Part shown: positions 56,460 through 64,000 of the stretch, in pieces
How positions within the stretch are numbered: the stretch's first letter is position 1
How the letters are laid out: every line of letters starts with the position of its first letter
Source of the DNA: an uncultured virus (IMG/VR IMGVR_UViG_3300021560_000001)
Lineage: Duplodnaviria; Heunggongvirae; Uroviricota; Caudoviricetes
Reading direction: 5' to 3' (one strand)
IMG/VR virus record: IMGVR_UViG_3300021560_000001
DNA length: 64,000 bases
Program-made: the position numbers and the translations under genes
Notes under the pieces: model-generated
What the model saw: only the letters and a program-made list of their open reading frames with translations
Told to the model about the DNA's origin: nothing
The model's database searches: none

Positions 56460-58052
56460 ATGCTCGCCAAGACCTTACGGGACGATCAGGCGCTCGCGAT
56501 TGGTAATCTGCGCGGGCATCTCGAGCGTGGCGAGAAGCGGATCGTACTGCAGGGTCCCACGGGGATGGGCAAGACAGTGATCATCGCCGATATCACCGAC
56601 AGGGCGCGGCACAAGGATCGGAAGGTTCTCATCACGGTCCCGGCGATCTCGCTCGTCGACCAGACAGTCGAGGCGCTCTACAGCCATGGGGTGGCGGACG
56701 TTGGCGTGATCCAGTCCACACACGAGCTGACGGATTGGAGCAAGCCGGTGCAGGTTGCGAGCGTGCAGACGCTGTACAATCGCTGGAAGGAAGGCAAGAT
56801 GCCGGAGGCGGACCTCGTGCTCGTGGATGAGGTCCACCGTCTATACGATCTACTGTTCTCGTTCTGGATGTCGGACCCGCGATGGATCAAGGTGCCGTTC
56901 ATCGGGTTCTCGGCGACACCGTGGACGCGTGGACTCGGCAGGCTCTATGGCCGACTCCTGGTCGCGAACACGATGGACGACCTAATCGCGCAGAAGGTGC
57001 TGGTGCCGTTCCGCACGTTCGCGCCGGACATGCCGGACCTCTCCGAGGTTCAGACCTCATGCGGCGACTTTGTCGAATCCCAACTCGACGCGATCATGCG
57101 GGAGAGCAGACTCACCGCCAACATCGTCGGCACCTGGAAGCGGCTCGCGAGCGATCGCGTGACGGTGGCGTTCTGCTGCTCGCGGGCGCATGCCGATCAA
57201 ATCGCCAAGGAGTTTGCGGCGGCCGGCGTTGGGGCGGCGTATCTTGACTGCGAGTCACCGCTGACGGAGCGGAGAGGCGTGCGGCGGGCGATGCTGTGTG
57301 GTGATGTGCGCATCGTGTGCAACGTCGACGTGGTCGGCCTGGGCGTGGATTGGCCGGAGGTCAGCTGCATCATCTACGCGCGGCCGACGAAGAGCGATAT
57401 CAGGTTCGTGCAGAACGTTGGCCGGGGGCTGCGGGCGTGTGAAGGCAAGACGGACCTGCTGATCCTGGACCACTCGACGACGACGGCGCGGCTCGGGTTC
57501 GTCAACGAGATCGGCAGCTACCATCGCACGCTCGACGACGGGCATGGCAAGGCTCCAGCTCCGGCGCGGGTGCTGCTGCCGAAGGAATGCCCGGCGTGCC
57601 ATCTGCTCAAGCCGCCGCGCGTCGCGGTCTGCCCGCACTGCGGTCACAAAGTCGAGGAACACGCGGACCCGATATTGTGCGAGCGTGGCACGCTGCGCGA
57701 GGTGACGCCGGACCGCGAGATGAAGGATCTGCGCAAGGTACTCCCCGATAAGGCGCACGTGTTCGGCCAGCTGTGGTGGTGGGGCCACAAGAAGGGCTAC
57801 AAGCCGGGTTGGGCGGCGATGAAATGCAGGGACATATTCGGATCGTTTCCAAAGGCGCGCGAGCCGGATCAGGAGACGGTGAGCGCGCCGTGTCCGGAGC
57901 TACTAAAGTTCATCTATGACTCGGTCGAACGCTGGAAGAAGGATCGTTATAACGAGCGCCGGCGTGCAGCGCGCGCCGATGATCGACCACCGAATAGCGG
58001 CGGCCGGGCTGTGCCCAAGGGCGCGGTTGCCGATGTCGAGGATCTTCGATGA
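56460..58052 (+). CDS. SF2 DEAD/DEAH-box helicase (RadD/YejH-like) with Zn finger
   Basis: GPTGMGKT, DEVH, SATP, QNVGRGLR, CPAC..CPHC. Confidence 0.9.
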   Translation: MLAKTLRDDQALAIGNLRGHLERGEKRIVLQGPTGMGKTVIIADITDRARHKDRKVLITVPAISLVDQTVEALYSHGVADVGVIQSTHELTDWSKPVQVASVQTLYNRWKEGKMPEADLVLVDEVHRLYDLLFSFWMSDPRWIKVPFIGFSATPWTRGLGRLYGRLLVANTMDDLIAQKVLVPFRTFAPDMPDLSEVQTSCGDFVESQLDAIMRESRLTANIVGTWKRLASDRVTVAFCCSRAHADQIAKEFAAAGVGAAYLDCESPLTERRGVRRAMLCGDVRIVCNVDVVGLGVDWPEVSCIIYARPTKSDIRFVQNVGRGLRACEGKTDLLILDHSTTTARLGFVNEIGSYHRTLDDGHGKAPAPARVLLPKECPACHLLKPPRVAVCPHCGHKVEEHADPILCERGTLREVTPDREMKDLRKVLPDKAHVFGQLWWWGHKKGYKPGWAAMKCRDIFGSFPKAREPDQETVSAPCPELLKFIYDSVERWKKDRYNERRRAARADDRPPNSGGRAVPKGAVADVEDLR

Positions 58053-58261
58053 CCAACGAAGAGCTTTTGGCGACGGCGATCAGGATGGGTGAGCGATCGG
58101 CCGATGACGCGATCAAGTACGCGCGCCGCTCGCTGCGAATGTCGCAGACGATACGCTCGGCGATCTATCTACTCGAGCAGGGCAAGGTCGATGCGGCGCT
58201 AAAAGTATTGTTGCGGAGTCGGGCCGCGATGGAGGCTGAATTGGTGAAGGACAATGCATGA
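58049..58261 (+). CDS. Hypothetical protein
   Basis: ATGA overlap. Confidence 0.5.
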   Translation: MTNEELLATAIRMGERSADDAIKYARRSLRMSQTIRSAIYLLEQGKVDAALKVLLRSRAAMEAELVKDNA

Positions 58262-58509
58262 GGTTCACATTCGAGGAGAAGCTGTGTGCGGTGCAGCGCG
58301 AGTTGGCGATGCGGCGGATGCTATATCCGCGGCAGGTGATGCAGGGCAAACTGCGTAGGGATAAGGCAGAACGCGAAATAGCGCTCTTCGAGAGTATCGA
58401 GGCCGATTATGTACGAGCAGCCGCCCGTAGACGTATTGAGACGTCCGCCACTATGGCGGGTGAAAGAGGGGCTAGAATTGTTGCGGCATGCGCGTTTAAG
58501 TCCACATGA
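58258..58509 (+). CDS. Conserved phage-type hypothetical protein
   Basis: FTFEEKL.AVQRELAMRRMLYPR.V..GK.....AEREIAL. Confidence 0.6.
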   Translation: MRFTFEEKLCAVQRELAMRRMLYPRQVMQGKLRRDKAEREIALFESIEADYVRAAARRRIETSATMAGERGARIVAACAFKST

Positions 58510-58883
58510 GGCTGGGTGCGCCTGCTGGGATTGCGTGATTGATCTGATGGTCGAGGTGGCGGTGCATAGGGCGGAGATAATGGCGCGGGCTCGCTAGGAA
58601 GGCCGTAGGCGCGTTTTTCGGCCCGCAGGGTAGGGTGCTTAGGTTCGAGGCGGTAAAGCGATTAGGCAGCGGTTTCTGCCTCGGCGCGAGGCCATTGGTT
58701 CGGGAGGTAAGTTCCCCCGCCTGTTATTCCGATTCCCCGGGCGAGGCGGATCCGGCAAAAGGAGGGCTACAGACAGGACCGGCCGAGGAGCTAGCGGCCC
58801 GTCCACCGCACTAACGGGAGTAATTCGACACAAAGCCACCGCCCGAGGGAGTCGGGGGCGGGTGCCGGAGGCGGAGAGACATC

Positions 58884-60287
58884 ATGAAAGCGAGGCAACA
58901 GGCGCAGCCCGCTGAGACCGTCGAGAGCTGGCCGCTCGCCAAGATCGTGCCCTATCCGAATAATCCGCGTACTCATCCCGATGCGCAGATTGAGCTGTTG
59001 GCGCGGCTCATGTCCGAGCACGGCGTTGATCAGCCGATCGTCGTCGATGAGGCCGGCGTGATCATTAAGGGCCATGGCCGTCTACTCGCGGCCAACCTCG
59101 CCGGAATGCGGATGTTCCCGGTCGTAGTCAAGCGCGGCTTGACTGAGGAGCAGAAACGGGCCGAGCGCCTGGCGGACAATCAGATAGCGCTGCTCGCCGG
59201 CTGGGACCGCGACTTTGTGCGGCTCGAGCTGGGTGAGCTGCAACTTGCCGGCTACGATATACCGTTGCTGGGTTTCGATGCGGTCGAGCTCGCGAGCTTT
59301 CTCGATGCCAGTCCTGGCTTGACTGATCCCGAAATCGCGCCGGAGCCGCCGGCCGTTCCGGTATCACGGCTAGGTGACCTTTGGCAGCTGGGCCGGCACC
59401 GATTGTTATGCGGCGATGCGACAAAAGCCGAAGATGTGGCTCGCTTGCTCGGAGGAGCTGAGCCGCATCTGATGGTGACAGATCCGCCGTATGGTGTCGA
59501 CTACGATCCGGCATGGCGAAATGAAGCGGCTGCCAAAGGTTATTTAGCCTATGCAGGAAAACGTATAGGCCAAGTTTCAAATGATGATCGCATTGATTGG
59601 CGCGAGGCGTGGGCGCTGTTTCCTGGCAATGTTGCCTATATCTGGCACGCCGGTTTGTATGCCAGCACGGTTCAAGCAGGAATTGAGAGCGTAGGCTTTG
59701 AAGTCCGCTGTCAAATCATTTGGGCAAAATCGAATTACCCTATTAGCCGTGGGCACTATCATTGGCGGCACGAACCTTGTTGGTATGCGATTAGAGAAAA
59801 GCAAAATGGTAACTGGCAAGGCGCACGCGATCAAACTACGCTATGGCAAATTAATCTTGATCGGAATGTTGAGGGCGGCCATTCGACGCAAAAGCCGGTC
59901 GAGTGCATGAAACGACCGATTGAGAACAATTCGGCGCCGGGCGATGCTGTCTATGATCCCTTCGTTGGCTCCGGAACGTCGATTATTGCCGCAGAAATGA
60001 CGGCGCGGCGCTGCTTGGCAATTGAGATTATGCCGGGTTATTGCGACGTGGCAATCGAGCGCTGGCAACATTTCACTGGCAAGCAGGCCGAGCTAGATGG
60101 GGTGACCTATGCAGCCATCAAACGGCACCGTCTTAAAGCGCGACCAACGCGAGGCCGACGACGATCTAGTGAAATCGTTGCTCGTGGCCTATCAAGCGAT
60201 CAAGGAGCGAATGGCAAAGGGCGGGCCGGGCTGGACGCCGCGCGAGCCAAAAGAAAAGGGCGGCCAGAAGCCGCCCTGAGTGGGTAG
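58884..60287 (+). CDS. ParB-like N-terminal domain fused to beta-class N4/N6 DNA methyltransferase
   Basis: PYPNNPRTH...GHGRLLAA...ADN; GDLW.LG.HRLLCGD; TDPPYG; H.TQKPV; DPFVGSGT. Confidence 0.92.
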   Translation: MKARQQAQPAETVESWPLAKIVPYPNNPRTHPDAQIELLARLMSEHGVDQPIVVDEAGVIIKGHGRLLAANLAGMRMFPVVVKRGLTEEQKRAERLADNQIALLAGWDRDFVRLELGELQLAGYDIPLLGFDAVELASFLDASPGLTDPEIAPEPPAVPVSRLGDLWQLGRHRLLCGDATKAEDVARLLGGAEPHLMVTDPPYGVDYDPAWRNEAAAKGYLAYAGKRIGQVSNDDRIDWREAWALFPGNVAYIWHAGLYASTVQAGIESVGFEVRCQIIWAKSNYPISRGHYHWRHEPCWYAIREKQNGNWQGARDQTTLWQINLDRNVEGGHSTQKPVECMKRPIENNSAPGDAVYDPFVGSGTSIIAAEMTARRCLAIEIMPGYCDVAIERWQHFTGKQAELDGVTYAAIKRHRLKARPTRGRRRSSEIVARGLSSDQGANGKGRAGLDAARAKRKGRPEAALSG

Positions 60288-60307
60288 CTGGCCGCGGTCA
60301 TCTCAAG

Positions 60308-61279
60308 ATGAGATTGCTTCGACCGAGCTTCGGATGGTGTGCTCCCGCCGCCGCTCCTCTCTACCGGGCGCCGTTCGTCAAACACATGCATTCGCTGCTG
60401 CGCAGCGGCTTTTATGCCCGCGGCCTGAACGCCGACGATCATGCCTTCATCGCGTATGTGCGGCAACACGGTAGCGCCAATGGTGAGCTGCCGCACGAAG
60501 GCAACGGCCTTGTCACCGAGGGCATCTACTTTAGCGAGGAACAAGGCTTCTGGAACGAGCATTGGGCAATCGAAACCGGCGTCATGCGACGGCTCGGAAC
60601 TGGGCGTGTATTGCCGCCGCAAGTGCTGGAAGCGCGTCGGTTGGCCCGATTGGAAAGCAAGGGCGATACGACCTGGACGCAGAACGAGCCCGAAATGAGG
60701 CGCGCGCGAACCGCCTGGAAGAAAGAGCAGAAAGCATTGGCGTTGGAACGCGAGAAGCGGCTGCAGCAGGCCATGCTCGCCGACAATGAGTGGAATCGGG
60801 CGCGGCGAGAAATGCTGGAAAAAGACAACGGTTGGGAAAAGATAGGACGTTACCCAAGGCCGGAGCAGGGCGAGGTGTGGCGTAAGCGGCATTATGTGCC
60901 AGAATGGAAGCGCGCTGAATTGGCTGCGCAGATCCCACCGCAAGAAGCGCCAGTAGCGCCAGTCGCCGACTTGAAACGGCGGCCGACGAGTTTACCGATT
61001 TATCAAACGGTGGAGGTAAAGCATCTCTCTGCGCTGCTTCACAGCTACAAGCGAGAATGGTTGGAGCTGCGAATCGAAGACGGGGCAGAATGCGGCTTTA
61101 TGCCTGATGGCACGAGACCGGACACCGACGTGCCGCCGCGCGGCCGCGTCTACGCATTCGAGAATCTATTGTGGCTACACGAGGGCGACCTGCCGCTGCT
61201 GGCGTCGCGTCCCGGCATCGAGATTCTTTTTGTCAATTCGAATACCCACGTCGTTCATGCGCGACAAGCCGCCATCTGA
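60308..61279 (+). CDS. Hypothetical protein
   Basis: 323 aa ORF, no family recognised. Confidence 0.5.
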   Translation: MRLLRPSFGWCAPAAAPLYRAPFVKHMHSLLRSGFYARGLNADDHAFIAYVRQHGSANGELPHEGNGLVTEGIYFSEEQGFWNEHWAIETGVMRRLGTGRVLPPQVLEARRLARLESKGDTTWTQNEPEMRRARTAWKKEQKALALEREKRLQQAMLADNEWNRARREMLEKDNGWEKIGRYPRPEQGEVWRKRHYVPEWKRAELAAQIPPQEAPVAPVADLKRRPTSLPIYQTVEVKHLSALLHSYKREWLELRIEDGAECGFMPDGTRPDTDVPPRGRVYAFENLLWLHEGDLPLLASRPGIEILFVNSNTHVVHARQAAI

Positions 61280-61520
61280 GCAGCAGGTCCTTGGCCCGGG
61301 GATGACGCGGCAAGCCAACTGCGTTTGCTGCGAAGGGCCACTGACTGTCGAGGATGGCGATCGATGCGTCGCGTGCCGCCCACGATTAAGCCGAGAGGCA
61401 GAGGCGATCAACACGCAGCGGCGCGTCGAGCGCGATGCCATTGTCGCGCTTGAGCGCGAGGCAGAGCATATTGCGACGCTGATCAAGCGACTGAAACGGA
61501 GGCTGCGATGGCAATCCTGA
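61257..61520 (+). CDS. Small Zn-finger plus coiled-coil protein
   Basis: CVCC...CVAC. Confidence 0.45.
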   Translation: MRDKPPSEQQVLGPGMTRQANCVCCEGPLTVEDGDRCVACRPRLSREAEAINTQRRVERDAIVALEREAEHIATLIKRLKRRLRWQS

Positions 61521-61765
61521 GTGCGATGACGATCAGGGACACGGCGGATGTGAGGGCAAAGCTGCTGCGTGTCTGGCGGCTGGTCGACGACAAGAAGATC
61601 ACGGCGTCGGAGGCCCGGCTGCATATCGGCTTGGCCCGCGCCATACTTGACACGCTCAAGGTGGAAATAGCGATGGCGCATCTCAATCGCTCGCAGGTAC
61701 CGAGCATTCCAGTGGCGCCGGCAATCAGTATTTCTACGCGAGCAACCCGGCAGAGTTGGCCATGA
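61508..61765 (+). CDS. Hypothetical protein
   Basis: GGAGG RBS, 85 aa. Confidence 0.5.
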   Translation: MAILSAMTIRDTADVRAKLLRVWRLVDDKKITASEARLHIGLARAILDTLKVEIAMAHLNRSQVPSIPVAPAISISTRATRQSWP

Positions 61766-61839
61766 TCCATCCTTTTTTTCGACCTGATCATCAGGCGGCG
61801 GAGGTCATCCCGCCGCAACGGGCCAAAGCCCGTTTCACT

Positions 61840-62547
61840 TTAAGCCTTGCGGCCGTAGTAGCGAGTTGGCTGGCCTTCCACCTTCTCCTTCTTGAGTTTG
61901 AGACCGGCAGCTCTGGCCTGCTGGGGTACACTCACCGAGGGCCAGCGCACTCCATCGGCGGCTTCGGTTGCATCCAAGATGTCCTTCATGGTGCAGCCGC
62001 CAGCGCGCAACAGCAGCTCGCCGATCAGCTCGACCTTGCTTTTGCCGTTAGTGGCTTTCGCCTTCGCCTTAGGCTTCGCTCGTTTAGCCGCTGCTTTGCC
62101 CTCTTGCTCCATCAGCTTGGCGAGCTGCGGCTTGGCTTTCGTCTTCTTAGCGGTAACGACCGACTTGTTCGTCCGTCGCGGCGGGATCGGAAGCTTGTCG
62201 GGACTCTTCACTTCTGTACGCACGTTAGTCTCCTTTGGTTTATCGGCTCGGATGATGGCAAGAGCGGCTGAGCCGGTGGCCGGCATCTTGGTGGTTTCGC
62301 CCGTCTTCTTCGCGAGCATCTTCTCGACACGCACGCGGGACTTCTCCTTACGCGTTTCCGCTTGCGCGGCAGCGAGAGGAGACTTCTGGATTGATGCTTT
62401 TGGCATGACGGGTACGGCGGCGCGCTCGCGTGCAATGATCTCGTCGATCCTCTCTTTGGCCTCCTTCTTTTGCTTTGCCGACATATTGGCATTGCGATCA
62501 AGGGCGGCCGGTATTGGACCGGGATCGGTAGGGTCGTTTTCGTTCAT
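61840..62547 (-). CDS. Lys-rich protein with DUF3489-like wHTH C-terminus
   Basis: SKVELIGELLLRAGGCTMKDILDAT...W; TAAGGAG RBS. Confidence 0.65.
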   Translation of the reverse strand: MNENDPTDPGPIPAALDRNANMSAKQKKEAKERIDEIIARERAAVPVMPKASIQKSPLAAAQAETRKEKSRVRVEKMLAKKTGETTKMPATGSAALAIIRADKPKETNVRTEVKSPDKLPIPPRRTNKSVVTAKKTKAKPQLAKLMEQEGKAAAKRAKPKAKAKATNGKSKVELIGELLLRAGGCTMKDILDATEAADGVRWPSVSVPQQARAAGLKLKKEKVEGQPTRYYGRKA

Positions 62548-62566
62548 GGGCTAAGGCTCCTTATTC

Positions 62567-62719
62567 GGCCAGAATGGCCGCGTCGGACACATGGCGTGGA
62601 ACGTCCAGGATGTCCAGTTAAAAGATAGGGAATAGGCCGAAATGGGCCAAAACAAGCCGTTTATTTGAGCTCGGGAACTCGAAATATAACTGGCATCCCC
62701 GGCCATAATGGCCTATATT
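62567..62719. promoter_or_regulatory. Divergent promoter region with several GGCC-N5-GGCC boxes
   Basis: GGCCAGAATGGCC at 62567; degenerate copy at 62635; TGGCAT-N17-TATATT with GGCCATAATGGCC at 62701. Confidence 0.55.
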
Positions 62720-62764
62720 ATAGAGGCCGGATGCGCCGTCTTTTTTCAAAAGGAGAAAGAGAAC

Positions 62765-63046
62765 GTGAATACGATCAAGAAGCTAGTCTTAGCCCCCATC
62801 GCAATGCTCGCGCTTGCGACTACTGCAGCTCATGCCTCTTCGGCGGATATCACCCGATGGGAGAACCTTAACGAAAAATGCGTCTATTCCATAAAACTCT
62901 CGGATGAGGAACGCGAGCTGCTTTGCGCTACTGCAGATAGATTGCGGGAGAAACTTCTGGCTCAAGGCTATTGCACTTATGGCCACGGCGAAGTTGGTCG
63001 TTCCAGTAGAGATAAGAAACATTGCTATGCGCGGGTGACGAAATGA
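62765..63046 (+). CDS. Small secreted Cys-containing protein
   Basis: GTG start; signal peptide KKLVLAPIAMLALATTAAHA. Confidence 0.55.
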   Translation: MNTIKKLVLAPIAMLALATTAAHASSADITRWENLNEKCVYSIKLSDEERELLCATADRLREKLLAQGYCTYGHGEVGRSSRDKKHCYARVTK

Positions 63047-63291
63047 GGACCATCGTCGAATCCCCGCAGGCTCGCATGCGTCGTGAACTCGGCTTACCAG
63101 AAAAGGTAGGCCGTTCTCGTTTCCGAGTGGACGATTACTTCCCATTTTCGTGCGGCGAGCATGTTTGTCGCCACGACGACGAGCGCCACGTTGGCCGCGT
63201 TATCGCTGTCATCAGCAATGCCGTTCGCGTTCGCTGGGAGAACGGCTGGAAGGAGGATTGTGAAATGCGCGATCTACGGAGGGCGTCATGA
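63043..63291 (+). CDS. Small SH3/KOW-like hypothetical protein
   Basis: GEHV...HVGRVIAV...VRVRWENG. Confidence 0.45.
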   Translation: MRTIVESPQARMRRELGLPEKVGRSRFRVDDYFPFSCGEHVCRHDDERHVGRVIAVISNAVRVRWENGWKEDCEMRDLRRAS

Positions 63292-63482
63292 GAGGCTTGG
63301 TCGGTTTTATTCTCACGGTGGGTCTTCTCGCCGTAGTGACCGGCGGCGATGTGCGTGTATTAGCGCTCGTCTTCGTCGCGCTTCTGGTTGCTGTTCCCTA
63401 TTGGCTAATCACTCGTGGCTTGGGCTCTGTGCTCGGCGTCCGCGAGGGACTGCTCCGCGATGATTTGAGGAGGAAAGAATGA
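63288..63482 (+). CDS. Small membrane protein
   Basis: Two hydrophobic segments; ATGA overlaps. Confidence 0.5.
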   Translation: MRGLVGFILTVGLLAVVTGGDVRVLALVFVALLVAVPYWLITRGLGSVLGVREGLLRDDLRRKE

Positions 63483-63679
63483 GGCGCCGCATTATCACGA
63501 GGCATATCTATCCGCCGATCTCGGACCGGCGCTGGGATTGGTGCGCCTATCACGACGGCGATGAAGAGCTGCCGCACCTGTATGGCTGGGGTTCAACTAA
63601 GGAGGAGGCGGTCGCCGATCTTGCTCAGATCGACGAGGAAATCGTTGATGAGATTCTGACGCGGAGGGATGCGTCATGA
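63479..63679 (+). CDS. Conserved phage-type hypothetical protein
   Basis: IYPPI..RRWDWCAY.D......GWG.T.EEA.ADL. Confidence 0.6.
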   Translation: MRRRIITRHIYPPISDRRWDWCAYHDGDEELPHLYGWGSTKEEAVADLAQIDEEIVDEILTRRDAS

Positions 63680-63852
63680 CGCATAAGCATGTCTACCGCT
63701 TTAGCCGCTATTGCGGCGTTGGCGTGTGCATCGACTGCGGCGAGCACCAAGGGCTCGAGCGCTGTTATTGCGGTTGGAGCAAGACCGCGCCGGGCCGCGG
63801 CCGCGAGGAACTGATCGAGATGGGCGAGACCATCGAACCGGAGGACTATTAA
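63676..63852 (+). CDS. Small Cys-rich protein (58 aa, not in ORF track)
   Basis: HKHVY...YCG.GVC.DC.EH.GL.RCYCGW. Confidence 0.5.
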   Translation: MTHKHVYRFSRYCGVGVCIDCGEHQGLERCYCGWSKTAPGRGREELIEMGETIEPEDY

Positions 63853-64000
63853 ATGATCCCGCGCTCCATGCTGCGCCCCGGCCTGCGCATTCGTCGCCGT
63901 CGACGGTTCCAAGACGATCTGCTCGGTACAGTTGTTCGATTCGATGAGTACCGCATCATTATTTGCTGGGATGATGAGGACATTAATCGCGTAGTCGATT

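Noticed and set aside
61756..62554. Plus-strand ORFs 61756-62271 and 61892-62554
   Set aside because: Antisense to the Lys-rich DUF3489-like gene, which has a strong RBS
1..64000. CRISPR array, DGR/reverse transcriptase, integrase, transposase, tRNA
   Set aside because: No regularly spaced repeats, RT or recombinase motifs, or cloverleafs were recognised; a scan by eye could miss a degenerate tRNA

Overview
The whole window is a tailed dsDNA phage (or prophage) segment with a contractile tail. The host is probably a GC-rich alphaproteobacterium (Rhizobiales-like), inferred from gene families and GANTC clusters at promoters. 1-23.2 kb (+): cement protein, DUF2184-type major capsid, head-tail joining genes and a P2-like tail module (V, W, J, I, fibres, sheath, tube, chaperone, tape measure with muralytic domains, U, X, D). 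23.2-36.2 kb (+): an accessory structural island of Gly-rich and Ala/Gly-repeat proteins around an FkbM-methyltransferase/GT9-glycosyltransferase fusion. 36.2-40.7 kb (+): lysis and envelope hydrolases and lipoproteins. 40.7-55.6 kb (mostly -): early genes, including RecT/RecE-like, ASCH, ParB-like, RuvC-like, two MT-A70 methyltransferases and a nuclease-like gene. 55.6-56.46 kb: non-coding, GANTC-rich and hairpin-rich. 56.46-64 kb: SF2 helicase, ParB-methylase and small early genes. Main observations: (i) a candidate virion-fibre glycosylation system; (ii) an in-frame 1509-nt block that appears to split one domain between two genes and begins with an apparent ATC start; (iii) a GGCC-N5-GGCC operator-like motif abutting the -10 box of four promoters; (iv) a candidate RNA-based origin/antisense region. 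No integrase, terminase, portal, polymerase, primase, tRNA or CRISPR array was recognised. All family calls come from motif recognition by eye, not database searches.
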